The translations under genes were made by a program, and so were the position numbers. From an uncultured Clostridia bacterium (GTDB taxonomy: Bacteria > Bacillota > Clostridia > Peptostreptococcales > Anaerovoracaceae): a stretch of 64,000 nt of DNA. Under the pieces are notes generated by a model. The model saw only the letters and a list, made by a program, of their open reading frames with translations, made no database searches and was not told the DNA's origin. Shown here piece after piece: positions 1-8,988 of this stretch. How positions within the stretch are numbered: the stretch's first letter is position 1; each line of letters starts with the position of its first letter. The stretch covers positions 127,258 through 191,257 of the forward strand of contig CALIYX010000009.1 in the NCBI GenBank assembly GCA_938049335.1, read 5' to 3'.

Positions 1-795
1 GTAAAGAACCAGATAAATCACACCTGCAAGTACGATAATAGCTGAAGGAATGAAGCTCTGCTCAATCTTTTCAGCAGGTGTCTCTGGCTTCTTAAATACT
101 GTTACATCATCTACAAGTAAGTTAGGGTCAACAGTGATAGTCTCGTCTGGAGATGGATGCATCTTAGCATTGATAAATGGTAAGAACAAAAGAATTATAC
201 CAACCATGATTAAGTTATATGGTGCAAAGATTGTGTGTGCTGTTGAGATAGCGTCAGAAACCGCACCACCTGTAGCTAGTTGAAGTGCATCCTTTCCTGG
301 TGTTGCAAGCGCTAGAGGAATTGATCCCGAAAATCCTGCATGCCAGATTACAAATCCCGAGTAAGCTGAAGCAATTAGAAGTCTGTAGTCTACGCCTTTA
401 ACCTGTCTTGCAATTTCCTTTGCAAGGATGGCACCAACTACGAGACCAAAGCCCCAGTTAATCCAGCAAGCTATAAGTGAGAAGAACGTTACAACAACGA
501 TACCCTGTGTAGGCGACTTTGCAATACTTGCAATAGTTGCAACGATTCTCTTAACTACTGGTGCATTAGCAAGCGCACTTCCAAGTACGAGTACCAAAGC
601 CATCTGCATTGAGAATGCGAGTAGATTCCAAACACCTACACCCCATCCTAGCTCAATCACCTGAAAAGGAGTTGCTCCAGTTGCAGGAATAGCTGCGACA
701 AAAACGATAATAGTTAGGACAATACAGAAGATAAATGGATCAGGTAGAAATCTGTTTACCAAGTGTACACATCCGTTAGTAAATTTCTTAAACAT
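1..795 (-). CDS. atoE: Short-chain fatty acid transporter, AtoE family (partial; 3' end lies beyond window start)
   Basis: The minus-strand frame is open from the ATG at 795 to position 1. GGAGG sits 5 nt upstream of the ATG. The translation MFKKFTNGCVHLVNRFLPDPFIF...WGVGVWNLLAFSMQMALVLVLG...INWGFGLVVGA...GFSGSIPLALATPG matches AtoE-family motifs from memory. The ORF track does not list it because no stop codon falls inside the window. Confidence 0.7.
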   Translation of the reverse strand, partial: MFKKFTNGCVHLVNRFLPDPFIFCIVLTIIVFVAAIPATGATPFQVIELGWGVGVWNLLAFSMQMALVLVLGSALANAPVVKRIVATIASIAKSPTQGIVVVTFFSLIACWINWGFGLVVGAILAKEIARQVKGVDYRLLIASAYSGFVIWHAGFSGSIPLALATPGKDALQLATGGAVSDAISTAHTIFAPYNLIMVGIILLFLPFINAKMHPSPDETITVDPNLLVDDVTVFKKPETPAEKIEQSFIPSAIIVLAGVIYLVLY

Positions 796-844
796 CTTGT
801 CCTCCTATGATTTAAGAATTGGATTAAAAAACAATTACAATTTA

Positions 845-873
845 ATTATATTCCCGCAATTTTGTGTAGTCAA
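845..873 (-). promoter_or_regulatory. Sigma-A promoter for atoE (TTGACT-17 nt-TATAAT)
   Basis: On the minus strand, TTGACT (plus 868-873) and TATAAT (plus 845-850) are separated by 17 nt. The start codon lies about 50 nt downstream. Confidence 0.5.
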
Positions 874-954
874 GATTTTCCCTTATTTGAAACTTTTGCA
901 TTTATTTGATTACAAAGCGTAATGAACAATAATAGACCTCAACTGTGCTATATT

Positions 955-996
955 CATCAAAAAAGGAAATATCCCGAGGACAAGCCTCGGGATATT
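955..996 (-). terminator. Rho-independent terminator after kamE
   Basis: On the minus-strand RNA the hairpin AAUAUCCCGAGG-cuugu-CCUCGGGAUAUU (12-bp stem) is followed by UUCCUUUUUUG. It sits 40 nt after the kamE stop. Confidence 0.6.
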
Positions 997-1036
997 GGTT
1001 TGGTACTTATATAATTATATTATAGGTTATAATTAC

Positions 1037-1831
1037 TTACTTTCTTGAAGCGATGTCAGCCTTATCCTGCCAACCTCTCTTCTGTACTTCCTGCATGATG
1101 TATGACATTACATGCTCTGCATACTTTCCTGGACCGAATCCAGCATCGTAACCTAGCTCCTGTGCTAGCTCGTGAGAGATACGAGGTCCACCACATGTCA
1201 TGATGATTTTATCTCTAAGACCTTCAGCTTCAACAAGCTCGATCATCTTTGTTAGATTCATGATGTGGATATCCTTCTGAGTTACAGTCTGTGAAACGAG
1301 AATTGCATCTGCATTTACTTCCTTTGCTTTTGCAATAAGCTCTTCGCAAGGAACCTGTGAACCCATGTTGTATGCTACAACGTTCTTAAATCTCTCAAGA
1401 CCGAAGTGTCCATGGAAGCCCTTCATCTGGATAATAGCGTCGATACCTACTGTATGAGCATCAGACTCAATTGATGCACCAACTACTACAATGTCTCTTC
1501 CTATGTTTTCGCCAATCCACTCACCGCACTCAACTCTGTCAAGAACGTTACCCTCAACCTTAGGAACTTTGATTGCTGTGTAGTCGATTGTCTGCTGAGC
1601 TGAACCGTAAACTACGAAGAATGTAAATCCAGGTGCTAGCTCGTGATAATATGTTACGCTAGGCTCGTCAAATCCTAACTTCTTTACATACTGCTTTGCG
1701 CATTCCTCAGCTTCTTCACCATAAGGTACAGGAAGTGTGAATGCCATTTCTACTTTACCGTCGTTTAGGGTATCACCGTAAGGCTTTACCTTTGTTAGAT
1801 CGCCAGTTGTCTGTACTGTGTTTTCTGCCAT
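1037..1831 (-). CDS. kamE: Lysine 5,6-aminomutase beta subunit (B12-binding)
   Basis: A ~264-aa protein carrying a B12-binding Rossmann-like domain, encoded immediately after kamD. The start was moved to the ATG that has GGAGG 8 nt upstream. The size and context match the kam cluster. Confidence 0.75.
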   Translation of the reverse strand: MAENTVQTTGDLTKVKPYGDTLNDGKVEMAFTLPVPYGEEAEECAKQYVKKLGFDEPSVTYYHELAPGFTFFVVYGSAQQTIDYTAIKVPKVEGNVLDRVECGEWIGENIGRDIVVVGASIESDAHTVGIDAIIQMKGFHGHFGLERFKNVVAYNMGSQVPCEELIAKAKEVNADAILVSQTVTQKDIHIMNLTKMIELVEAEGLRDKIIMTCGGPRISHELAQELGYDAGFGPGKYAEHVMSYIMQEVQKRGWQDKADIASRK

Positions 1832-1850
1832 TTTCATAACCTCCTTATCC

Positions 1851-3404
1851 TTACTCATGATCCATAAATAAATCTATGAATGGGTTGAAGTAGTTTTCAC
1901 CTCTTGTAGTTACACCTGCAAGACCGTGTCCGCCGTCTTTTGGACGCTTAACTCCACCGAAAATACCTTTTTCGATAGTTGTGAAAAGTCCTTCCTGTTC
2001 AACTTCTGCAAGTAGCTTGTCAGCCTTCTTGAGAACTTCCTGAGCACGAGTCTGGATAATTCCGTCCTTCTTGAACTCAACTTCATCACCGATGTCCTTA
2101 CAGTTGTTGAAAATGTACTGAGCATTTTCGATTGAAAGATATCTATCGTGCATATGAGGTGTGTGAATAGCCTCTGTAAGCATTCCCTGCAAGAGCAGTG
2201 ACTGCTTTGACCAGATTGCAACTAGGTTGAAGAGCGCATCCTGAATGTGGCCCATGAAGATGTTACCTGTCATGAACTTTGTAGGTGGCATGTACTTAAG
2301 TCTTGCCTTAGGGAAGATTTCTCTTGCCATGATAGCCTGTGAAAGCTCAAGAAGGAATCCATTCTCTGTCTTAGGATCCATCTCAAATGCGTGACCAAGA
2401 CCCATCTGCTCTTCTGAAATGTTTGCAAGTACAGCAAACTGTTCATTTATAAACTGTGATGCGGTTACTGTGTGTGCCGCCTCGATAGCGTCGTCTGTAG
2501 TTAAATAGTTATCCTCACCTGAGTTAAAGATGATTCCGCAGTATCCGATGATAACTCTGGACATGAACTGGTCAACTAGTGTTCTCTGCATGTTGATGTC
2601 ACGGAATAGGATACCGTAAATAGCGTCGTTAAGCATTACATCAAGTCTCTCTAGTGCACCCATAGCTGCAATCTCTGGCATGCACATACCTGATGAGTAG
2701 TTACACAATCTAATATATCTGCCAACTTCTTCTCCAACTTCATCAAGAGCCTTTCTCATGATTCTGAAGTTCTCCTGTGTAGCGTATGTTCCACCGAATC
2801 CCTCAGTTGTTGCTCCATATGGAACGTAGTCGAGAAGTGACTGAGCTGTTGTTCTGATTACAGCGATAATGTCTGCACCCTGTCTAGCAGCAGCCTGTGC
2901 CTGAAGAACGTCCTCGTATATGTTACCTGTAGCTACGATAACATATAGATAAGGTTCTGGACCTGATCCAATTCTGTCGAGATATTCCTGACGCTTTGCC
3001 TTCTGCATATCGATTCTCTCGAATGTCTTTTTGATTGATGGCTTGAGTGCTTCAGCGGCCTCCTCAACTGTACAGGTAGGAAGCTTTGTTACGTCTAGCT
3101 TACCCTCTGACATCTCTTCAGCGATAGTCTGAGGATCCTTGCCTGTCTGTACTATTGCATTACCAATCCAATATGCCACACCTGTCGATAGAACGCCTGC
3201 GTCCTTAAGCTGATCTACTACGACGTTAGGTAGTGGAGTGTCAACATCATCAACGCCGTCTACTCCCAAAAGTCTGAGAATTGTTCTCTCTGTTGACACA
3301 GTTGTGTGTCTTGAGATAAATTCCTGCATATCCTTGGCAATGTTAGCAGCATGATTTCTGGCACTTGCAACAACATCAAAGTCAAGATTTAGTTTGCTTT
3401 TCAT
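1851..3404 (-). CDS. kamD: Lysine 5,6-aminomutase alpha subunit (PLP/TIM-barrel)
   Basis: A 517-aa protein with N-terminus MKSKLNLDFD... The size and its adjacency to kamE and kamA match the known lysine fermentation operon. Confidence 0.75.
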   Translation of the reverse strand: MKSKLNLDFDVVASARNHAANIAKDMQEFISRHTTVSTERTILRLLGVDGVDDVDTPLPNVVVDQLKDAGVLSTGVAYWIGNAIVQTGKDPQTIAEEMSEGKLDVTKLPTCTVEEAAEALKPSIKKTFERIDMQKAKRQEYLDRIGSGPEPYLYVIVATGNIYEDVLQAQAAARQGADIIAVIRTTAQSLLDYVPYGATTEGFGGTYATQENFRIMRKALDEVGEEVGRYIRLCNYSSGMCMPEIAAMGALERLDVMLNDAIYGILFRDINMQRTLVDQFMSRVIIGYCGIIFNSGEDNYLTTDDAIEAAHTVTASQFINEQFAVLANISEEQMGLGHAFEMDPKTENGFLLELSQAIMAREIFPKARLKYMPPTKFMTGNIFMGHIQDALFNLVAIWSKQSLLLQGMLTEAIHTPHMHDRYLSIENAQYIFNNCKDIGDEVEFKKDGIIQTRAQEVLKKADKLLAEVEQEGLFTTIEKGIFGGVKRPKDGGHGLAGVTTRGENYFNPFIDLFMDHE

Positions 3405-5163
3405 CTTTTTTCTCCTTATTGATATATTTCTTCGCTCCTTCTATTATCTCCGCGCTGATTCCTAGCATCTTTGCAATATTTAGAGCGTCCTTAGGAACTG
3501 AACCGTTTTTGCCGACCTCGAAAAGTCGGTAATCCATGTACTTGGATATAATGTTTATCCTGTCTTTTCTTTTTGCGTACTTAATCTCTCTATCGAGAAG
3601 ATCAAAGTCCACATCTGCAAGCCCTCTGACCTGCATATTTATAACACCCTCCCTTTCGCTCACAGTCTCAAAGTGAGTCGTTATAAGCGATATGTAAGGT
3701 TTTGTTATCAAATAATCTACAACCGATTTCGTTAGAGCAAGACCTTCGATTGGATTTGTTCCACTCGCTATCTCATCTATCAAAATGAGAGATCTGTCCT
3801 TGCTGTGATCAAAGATTTCCTTGAGCTCCTCCATCTCAGATCCGAATGATGAAAGTCCTCTTTCCACTGATTGACTATCACCTATTAGCATCTGCATGTA
3901 GTTTGAAAGTCCAATCTTTGCCCTCTTTGCTGGAACGAAGAACCCGTACTGCGAGAGGATTGCTATCTGCCCAGAAAGCTTTAGGGAAATCGTCTTTCCG
4001 CCCATGTTGGCACCCGTTATACAGGTTACGCCATCCTTTAGTGAAATCGATACTGGGCAGTATTCCTTGCCCTTATTCATCAAAATTTCCTCAACCTGTA
4101 GATTCCTGCCTTCATCGAACTCTATTACATGTTCCTTGACAATCTCTGGTCTTACAAGATTTCTCTTTATTGAGAATAGTCCCTTGGCAAGCGCCAGTTC
4201 AAACTCTCCCATTATGTCACAGTTCTTGAGAAGAATGTTTCTGTACTCTCCGATTTTCTTCGATAGTATTTCTGCTATTCTTTCCTCTTCAGCCTCGATT
4301 TTGTCGTTGAGCGCTTCCATGCTCTGGGTTATCTTGAACACCTCTTCGCTAGGTCTTAGCTTAAAGGTTATGCTCATGTAATCCTGGTCAACCTCTTCGA
4401 GTTCCTTGAGACCTTTAATCTTTTCTAAGTCTGGGTGGGACCTTGCTACGACTATGTCAAACTTCGGTGTAAGCTGTACGCCTTGTTCTCTTCGCAGTTC
4501 TTCCCTCGATTTCTTCTGAACTCTTCTTATCTCAAGCTCCAGCTCTCGCTTTTCCTTTCGGTAAGAAGCCAGCTCCTCGCTGAACTCATCGTATATGTAG
4601 AAGGTGTTCATCCTGTCTTTTCTTGGGTCGAGAATGTCTAAGAGTTCCTCGGTATCCTCAAGAAAATATCTCTCAGGAATCTTTGCCTCTTTGATAGCTT
4701 CACTATCTGCTAAGCTTGTCTCAGCTGCCTCCTCGTCACTACCAGCCTTTGCCTGTGAAACACATCCGCAGGCCGGCCTATATGCTACGATTTCTCTCTC
4801 CTTGGTTATCTTTAGGAGTCTTCTCATCTGAAGGAGCAAAGACTTTACTTCGAAAATCTCCACAACCGATAGAACGCTATTTTCACTTCTTTCTATGGTT
4901 CCTGTGGAATCCTTTAGCTCCATGTAGATTTCTTGAATCTTGTCCTTTAGCATCGGATAAGCTTTGATGAAATCCACTATATCCTGAATCCTGTCAAGCT
5001 CCTCATTCAGCAGCTGTTCATCTCCGGGATAAAACGGCCTCGTAGCTTTTAGTTTTTTCTTTCCGAAGGGTGAGATTACATCGAGCTTCAGCATCACATA
5101 ATCGAGACCTGTCTCAGCCTTGGTCTTCAGATTTGCTAATCTTTTGTTTGCTCCGTTTTGCAT
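3382..5163 (-). CDS. MutS-domain-V-like ATPase (MutS2-related), conserved partner of kamDE
   Basis: A 593-aa protein with Walker A TGANMGGKTISLK and a following DE motif typical of MutS domain V. It lies between kamA and kamD, as in other lysine-fermentation clusters. Confidence 0.55.
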   Translation of the reverse strand: MQNGANKRLANLKTKAETGLDYVMLKLDVISPFGKKKLKATRPFYPGDEQLLNEELDRIQDIVDFIKAYPMLKDKIQEIYMELKDSTGTIERSENSVLSVVEIFEVKSLLLQMRRLLKITKEREIVAYRPACGCVSQAKAGSDEEAAETSLADSEAIKEAKIPERYFLEDTEELLDILDPRKDRMNTFYIYDEFSEELASYRKEKRELELEIRRVQKKSREELRREQGVQLTPKFDIVVARSHPDLEKIKGLKELEEVDQDYMSITFKLRPSEEVFKITQSMEALNDKIEAEEERIAEILSKKIGEYRNILLKNCDIMGEFELALAKGLFSIKRNLVRPEIVKEHVIEFDEGRNLQVEEILMNKGKEYCPVSISLKDGVTCITGANMGGKTISLKLSGQIAILSQYGFFVPAKRAKIGLSNYMQMLIGDSQSVERGLSSFGSEMEELKEIFDHSKDRSLILIDEIASGTNPIEGLALTKSVVDYLITKPYISLITTHFETVSEREGVINMQVRGLADVDFDLLDREIKYAKRKDRINIISKYMDYRLFEVGKNGSVPKDALNIAKMLGISAEIIEGAKKYINKEKKDEKQTKS

Positions 5164-5165
5164 AT

Positions 5166-6185
5166 CTACATCCTCACATCAATCACCGGAATATCTGGGA
5201 TAGCTTCCTTCATCGCCTCTAATAGGCTTCTGTTATCAAAGGTATATCCCGCCGGTGCCCATGGATTGACAGTTATAAGGGCGATTTCTATCTTATTTAG
5301 GACAGATACCCTAAAGCCCCTCTTTCGGAGCTTTCCCCAATCCATAGGATTTATGAATATCTTAGTCGGATCCTTGAGAACGAATCTGACCTGTTTTAGC
5401 TTCTTTGTGCTTATATCTGAAATTACGCTGTTTGTAAAAGCACCTGGGATGAAGACAAACTCGGTATCCTCTTCGATTGCCTCGTCTATGTGTCTAGCTG
5501 CCCCAAGTCCAGTGAGAAGGTCAAGCTTCTTAACCTCTCCGCTCTTACTTATGGTCATAATCTTGTCTTCGTGTTTATAAGATTCTATCGCATCCCTGTA
5601 AATTCCATCCTCAAGCTCATCTATTGAGTAGAGGTTTACAACATGCGCGGTTTCCTCGACAACCTTGTTCATCTTTCTTGAGATGACAGCTCCTGTCGCA
5701 AGGATTATCGCATCCGAAGTATCCGGAGATGCTATTGTTTTTCTGTCGATTGCGCCATCTATCAAAACCATATCGCAGCCTTCATTTAGCATATCCTGAC
5801 AAAGCATTTTCTGCTCAGCATTGATAACAGGTCCTGCGACCTGAACGTATCCTGCGGATTTTACCCTGCAAATCAAAAGGGTTCCTATCGCTGTTGAATA
5901 CTTGGTTTCTTTGACTACCTCTAGTCCGGCGTCTGACATGTCGTATAAGAACGACGGTACTGCCACGAGCGTATCCTCATCGAGGTAAACTCTAGGCTTT
6001 TCGGTTCCGGTTACAAGGTCCTCAGTCTCTCCGTCACGTCCGGTCGACGTAATACCCAGCATGACTCCCTCGTCCATCGCCTCTTCAATCAGGTAATTGA
6101 GGGCAGTGGTCTTGCCTGCATTTTTGGACATTCCCACTATGGATAAAGTCTTATATTTTTGTGATAAGTCATATATCAATCCCAT
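5166..6185 (-). CDS. P-loop NTPase of unknown function (kam-cluster associated)
   Basis: A 339-aa protein with an N-terminal Walker A GMSKNAGKTT. It is translationally coupled to the MutS-like gene. Confidence 0.45.
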   Translation of the reverse strand: MGLIYDLSQKYKTLSIVGMSKNAGKTTALNYLIEEAMDEGVMLGITSTGRDGETEDLVTGTEKPRVYLDEDTLVAVPSFLYDMSDAGLEVVKETKYSTAIGTLLICRVKSAGYVQVAGPVINAEQKMLCQDMLNEGCDMVLIDGAIDRKTIASPDTSDAIILATGAVISRKMNKVVEETAHVVNLYSIDELEDGIYRDAIESYKHEDKIMTISKSGEVKKLDLLTGLGAARHIDEAIEEDTEFVFIPGAFTNSVISDISTKKLKQVRFVLKDPTKIFINPMDWGKLRKRGFRVSVLNKIEIALITVNPWAPAGYTFDNRSLLEAMKEAIPDIPVIDVRM

Positions 6186-6254
6186 ATCAATTCCTTAATA
6201 TCTAATGTATGGGGGACCGAAGCCCCCCATATTAAATTTAACATATTGCGAGAA

Positions 6255-7514
6255 CTAGTGCTTGTTTCTCTCGTGTCTTGCAAGGTTAGCAGGCTCCATT
6301 GACTTAATCTGTAAGCCTTCTCCAAGTGCTGATACACCTGAAACCTTGATACCTTCCTTACCGTTTCTGTAGTTGAAGTTGCACTTAACCTCTGGCAAGC
6401 GTGGCTGTGTATAAGTTGTGATAACACCCTCGTAGTTTCTGAGAATGATCTTATCAGGTGTCTCTGAAATTACGTACTGTGGCATTACTGGAGTCTTACC
6501 ACCACCGCCTGGAGCGTCGATTACGAATGTTGGAACGCAGTATCCTGAAGTATGTCCTCTTAGACCTTCCATGATCTCAAGTCCCTTAGCCATTGTTGTT
6601 CTGAAGTGCTCGATACCAACTGATAGGTCGCAGATGTAGATGTAGTAAGGTCTTACTCTGTTCAAAACTAGCTCGTGAACAAGGTCCATCATGATTGACT
6701 TATCGTCGTTGATACCTCTTAGGAGTACGCTCTGGTTTCCTAGTGGAACACCTGCGTCAGCAAGCTTTCTCAAAGCTTCCTTAGCGTCAGCTGTGATTTC
6801 CTGTGGGTGGTTGAAGTGTGTGTTTAGCCAGATTGGGTGATATTTCTTAAGCATGTTTACGAGCTTGTCTGTTATTCTCATTGGCATAACAACTGGTGTT
6901 CTTGAACCAATTCTAACAATCTCAACATGGTCAATCTTTCTAAGTTCGCTGATGATGTATTCTAGGGTATCATCCTCAACAAGAAGAGCATCTCCACCTG
7001 ATAGAAGTACGTCTCTAACTTCTGGAGTCTTCTTGATGTATGCAATACATGCATCTATATCTTCTCTTGATCTAGCACCGTCAGTTTCACCTGCAAGTCT
7101 TCTTCTTGTGCAGTGTCTGCAGTACATTGAGCACTGGTCTGTGATGAGGAATAGAACTCTGTCTGGATATCTGTGTGTTAGTCCAGGAGCTGGTGAGTCT
7201 GCGTCCTCGTGAAGTGGGTCAGCATCGTCAGCAGGTGATCTGTGCATCTCCAAAAGTGTTGGAACAGCCTGCATTCTTACTGGGTCTGTTGGATCGTCTG
7301 GATCCATGATTGAAGCGTAGTAAGGTGTGATACCAACTCTGAAACCGCCGATAACCTTCTCGATCTCAGCTCTTTCCTTCTCTGTTAGGTTAACAACCTT
7401 AGCGATATCTTCTACTGTTGAGAGTCTGTGTGAAACCTGCCAGTGCCAGTCGTTCCACTGCTCTTCTGTTACATCCTTAAATAATGGAATATCTTTCCAA
7501 TTTCTAAGTGCCAT
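6255..7514 (-). CDS. kamA: L-lysine 2,3-aminomutase (radical SAM, PLP)
   Basis: It carries the CSMYCRHCTRRR (CxxxCxxC) radical-SAM motif and the KamA-like N-terminus FKDV...W.DW.WQ. The start was set to the ATG with AAAAGGAGAAAATC upstream (419 aa). Confidence 0.85.
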   Translation of the reverse strand: MALRNWKDIPLFKDVTEEQWNDWHWQVSHRLSTVEDIAKVVNLTEKERAEIEKVIGGFRVGITPYYASIMDPDDPTDPVRMQAVPTLLEMHRSPADDADPLHEDADSPAPGLTHRYPDRVLFLITDQCSMYCRHCTRRRLAGETDGARSREDIDACIAYIKKTPEVRDVLLSGGDALLVEDDTLEYIISELRKIDHVEIVRIGSRTPVVMPMRITDKLVNMLKKYHPIWLNTHFNHPQEITADAKEALRKLADAGVPLGNQSVLLRGINDDKSIMMDLVHELVLNRVRPYYIYICDLSVGIEHFRTTMAKGLEIMEGLRGHTSGYCVPTFVIDAPGGGGKTPVMPQYVISETPDKIILRNYEGVITTYTQPRLPEVKCNFNYRNGKEGIKVSGVSALGEGLQIKSMEPANLARHERNKH

Positions 7515-7667
7515 GATTTTCTCCTTTTCATTCATAGGTTAGCCTGTGAAATTTTTAATCCGAGATGGAGTAGTCATCACCCCACCTCGCAATAGTCATT
7601 TTGGGTCTATCAAAGCTTGATAACACTTTGATAGGATTGATAGTATTCTATAAGTACTTGTTTGCTA

Positions 7668-8729
7668 TTAAGCGTACATCTCGTTGAATAGCTTTCTTAG
7701 TCCTTCGTGCTCTCTTAGAACCTGAAGTGTGATCTCAGCGTGTCCAGCTGTGTAGCCGTTACCGATGATCATGTCAACGTCCTTACCAACACCCTCAGCA
7801 CCAAGAGCAGCCTTAGTGAAGCTTGTTGCCATTGAGAAGAAGTAAACTAGACCCTTGTCCTTTGTGCAAAGGATTGAAGCCATCTCTGTGTTTTCGATGT
7901 TTACACAGTTGATAACAAGGTCACAAAGCTCTCCATTTGTAAGCTCCATAACCTTCTCGTACATTCCAACTGCATCTGTAGCATCGTGGTGGAAGTATGC
8001 ATCAGCTAGGTCTAGCTCACGAGCTCTATCCTCTGATCTCTGTGATCCAGCAGCGCAGATAACCTGACCTGTAACACCAGCTCTCTTCTTTGCCTCGTAT
8101 AGGCACATTAGACCTGACTTACCGCCGCCACCGATAACTAGAACCTTCATTCCTGGCTTTACTAGCTTAGCAGCCTGTGCTGGAGCACCAGCAACGTCAA
8201 GAGCGGAAAGAGCAAGTCCTTCTGGCATATCCTCAGGTAGCTTAGCGTAGATGCCGCTCTGGAATAGGATAGCGTGTCCCTTGATGTCAACCTGGTCGAT
8301 AGCTGGTCTCATAGCTACGATCTCGTCGATTACAAGTGGTGTAAGTGAAAGTGAAACTAGTGTAGCAATCTTATCGCCAACCTTTAGGTCACCCTTCCAC
8401 TCTGGTCCGATTTCTTCTACTGTTCCGATAAGCATTCCGCCTGAACCTGTCCATGGGTTCTTGTGCTTACCAGCCTTAGCAACGATACCAAGCATTGTTT
8501 CCTTTATCTTCTCGATATCTTCAGCAGTTAGATCATCTCCAGGCTTCTTTCCACAAGCGTGGTCACAAATTGATGTAAATGAAGCTGAGTCGATGTTTAG
8601 TGTCTGAACATTGATCTTAACTTCGTTGTCATAGATCTCCATATCGTTATCTATAACGTCAGCTGGCTGTGGTAGAACACCCTTTGGTGAAATTACTCTG
8701 TGAGTACCGTATGGATTACCCTTTTTCAT
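7668..8729 (-). CDS. kdd: L-erythro-3,5-diaminohexanoate dehydrogenase
   Basis: A 353-aa protein with a GGGGKSG NAD-binding motif. The RBS is TAGGAGGAAGCTAAT-ATG. It is the first gene of the kam operon. Confidence 0.75.
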   Translation of the reverse strand: MKKGNPYGTHRVISPKGVLPQPADVIDNDMEIYDNEVKINVQTLNIDSASFTSICDHACGKKPGDDLTAEDIEKIKETMLGIVAKAGKHKNPWTGSGGMLIGTVEEIGPEWKGDLKVGDKIATLVSLSLTPLVIDEIVAMRPAIDQVDIKGHAILFQSGIYAKLPEDMPEGLALSALDVAGAPAQAAKLVKPGMKVLVIGGGGKSGLMCLYEAKKRAGVTGQVICAAGSQRSEDRARELDLADAYFHHDATDAVGMYEKVMELTNGELCDLVINCVNIENTEMASILCTKDKGLVYFFSMATSFTKAALGAEGVGKDVDMIIGNGYTAGHAEITLQVLREHEGLRKLFNEMYA

Positions 8730-8893
8730 ATTAGCTTCCTCCTAAAAATTATAAAAATTTTAACTAACTTAATTTGGCGTATATAATGTAATATACATTC
8801 TCCATATATTATAAATCAGTCTCTATTTTTTTCTATATGCTTGACTGCGTGTATACAAGGATTTAACAAAAAAATAACAAGCGAATTAATTTC

Positions 8894-8919
8894 GGTTCGC
8901 ATAAAATAGTGTGCGAACC
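8894..8919. promoter_or_regulatory. Perfect 8-bp inverted repeat GGTTCGCA-N10-TGCGAACC upstream of kdd (candidate activator binding site)
   Basis: The palindrome is read directly from the sequence. It lies about 165 nt upstream of the kdd start and about 70 nt downstream of the regulator's stop. Confidence 0.3.
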
Positions 8920-8988
8920 ATTTTATAATCATTTTTAATTAACGCTCGTTATTTTCTTGATTAGTAAGTTTAATTATTCCGTGTGTAG

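Noticed and set aside
1910-2221. A 103-aa minus-strand ORF in an alternative frame inside kamD
   Set aside because: It overlaps a well-supported 517-aa gene. Its Cys/Ser-rich translation has no start-site signals and looks like frame noise.
3846-4967. Several 68-125-aa plus-strand ORFs at 3846-4139, 4004-4381, 4435-4641, 4604-4831 and 4716-4967
   Set aside because: All lie antisense inside the 593-aa MutS-like gene. They are low-complexity Ser/Leu-rich translations with no RBS, typical shadow ORFs.
8768-8786. Sigma-54-like element TTGGCG-N6-TGTAA on the plus strand upstream of kdd
   Set aside because: It points away from kdd, toward the regulator's 3' end. The -12 element is GT rather than the invariant GC. 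It is probably a chance match in AT-rich DNA.
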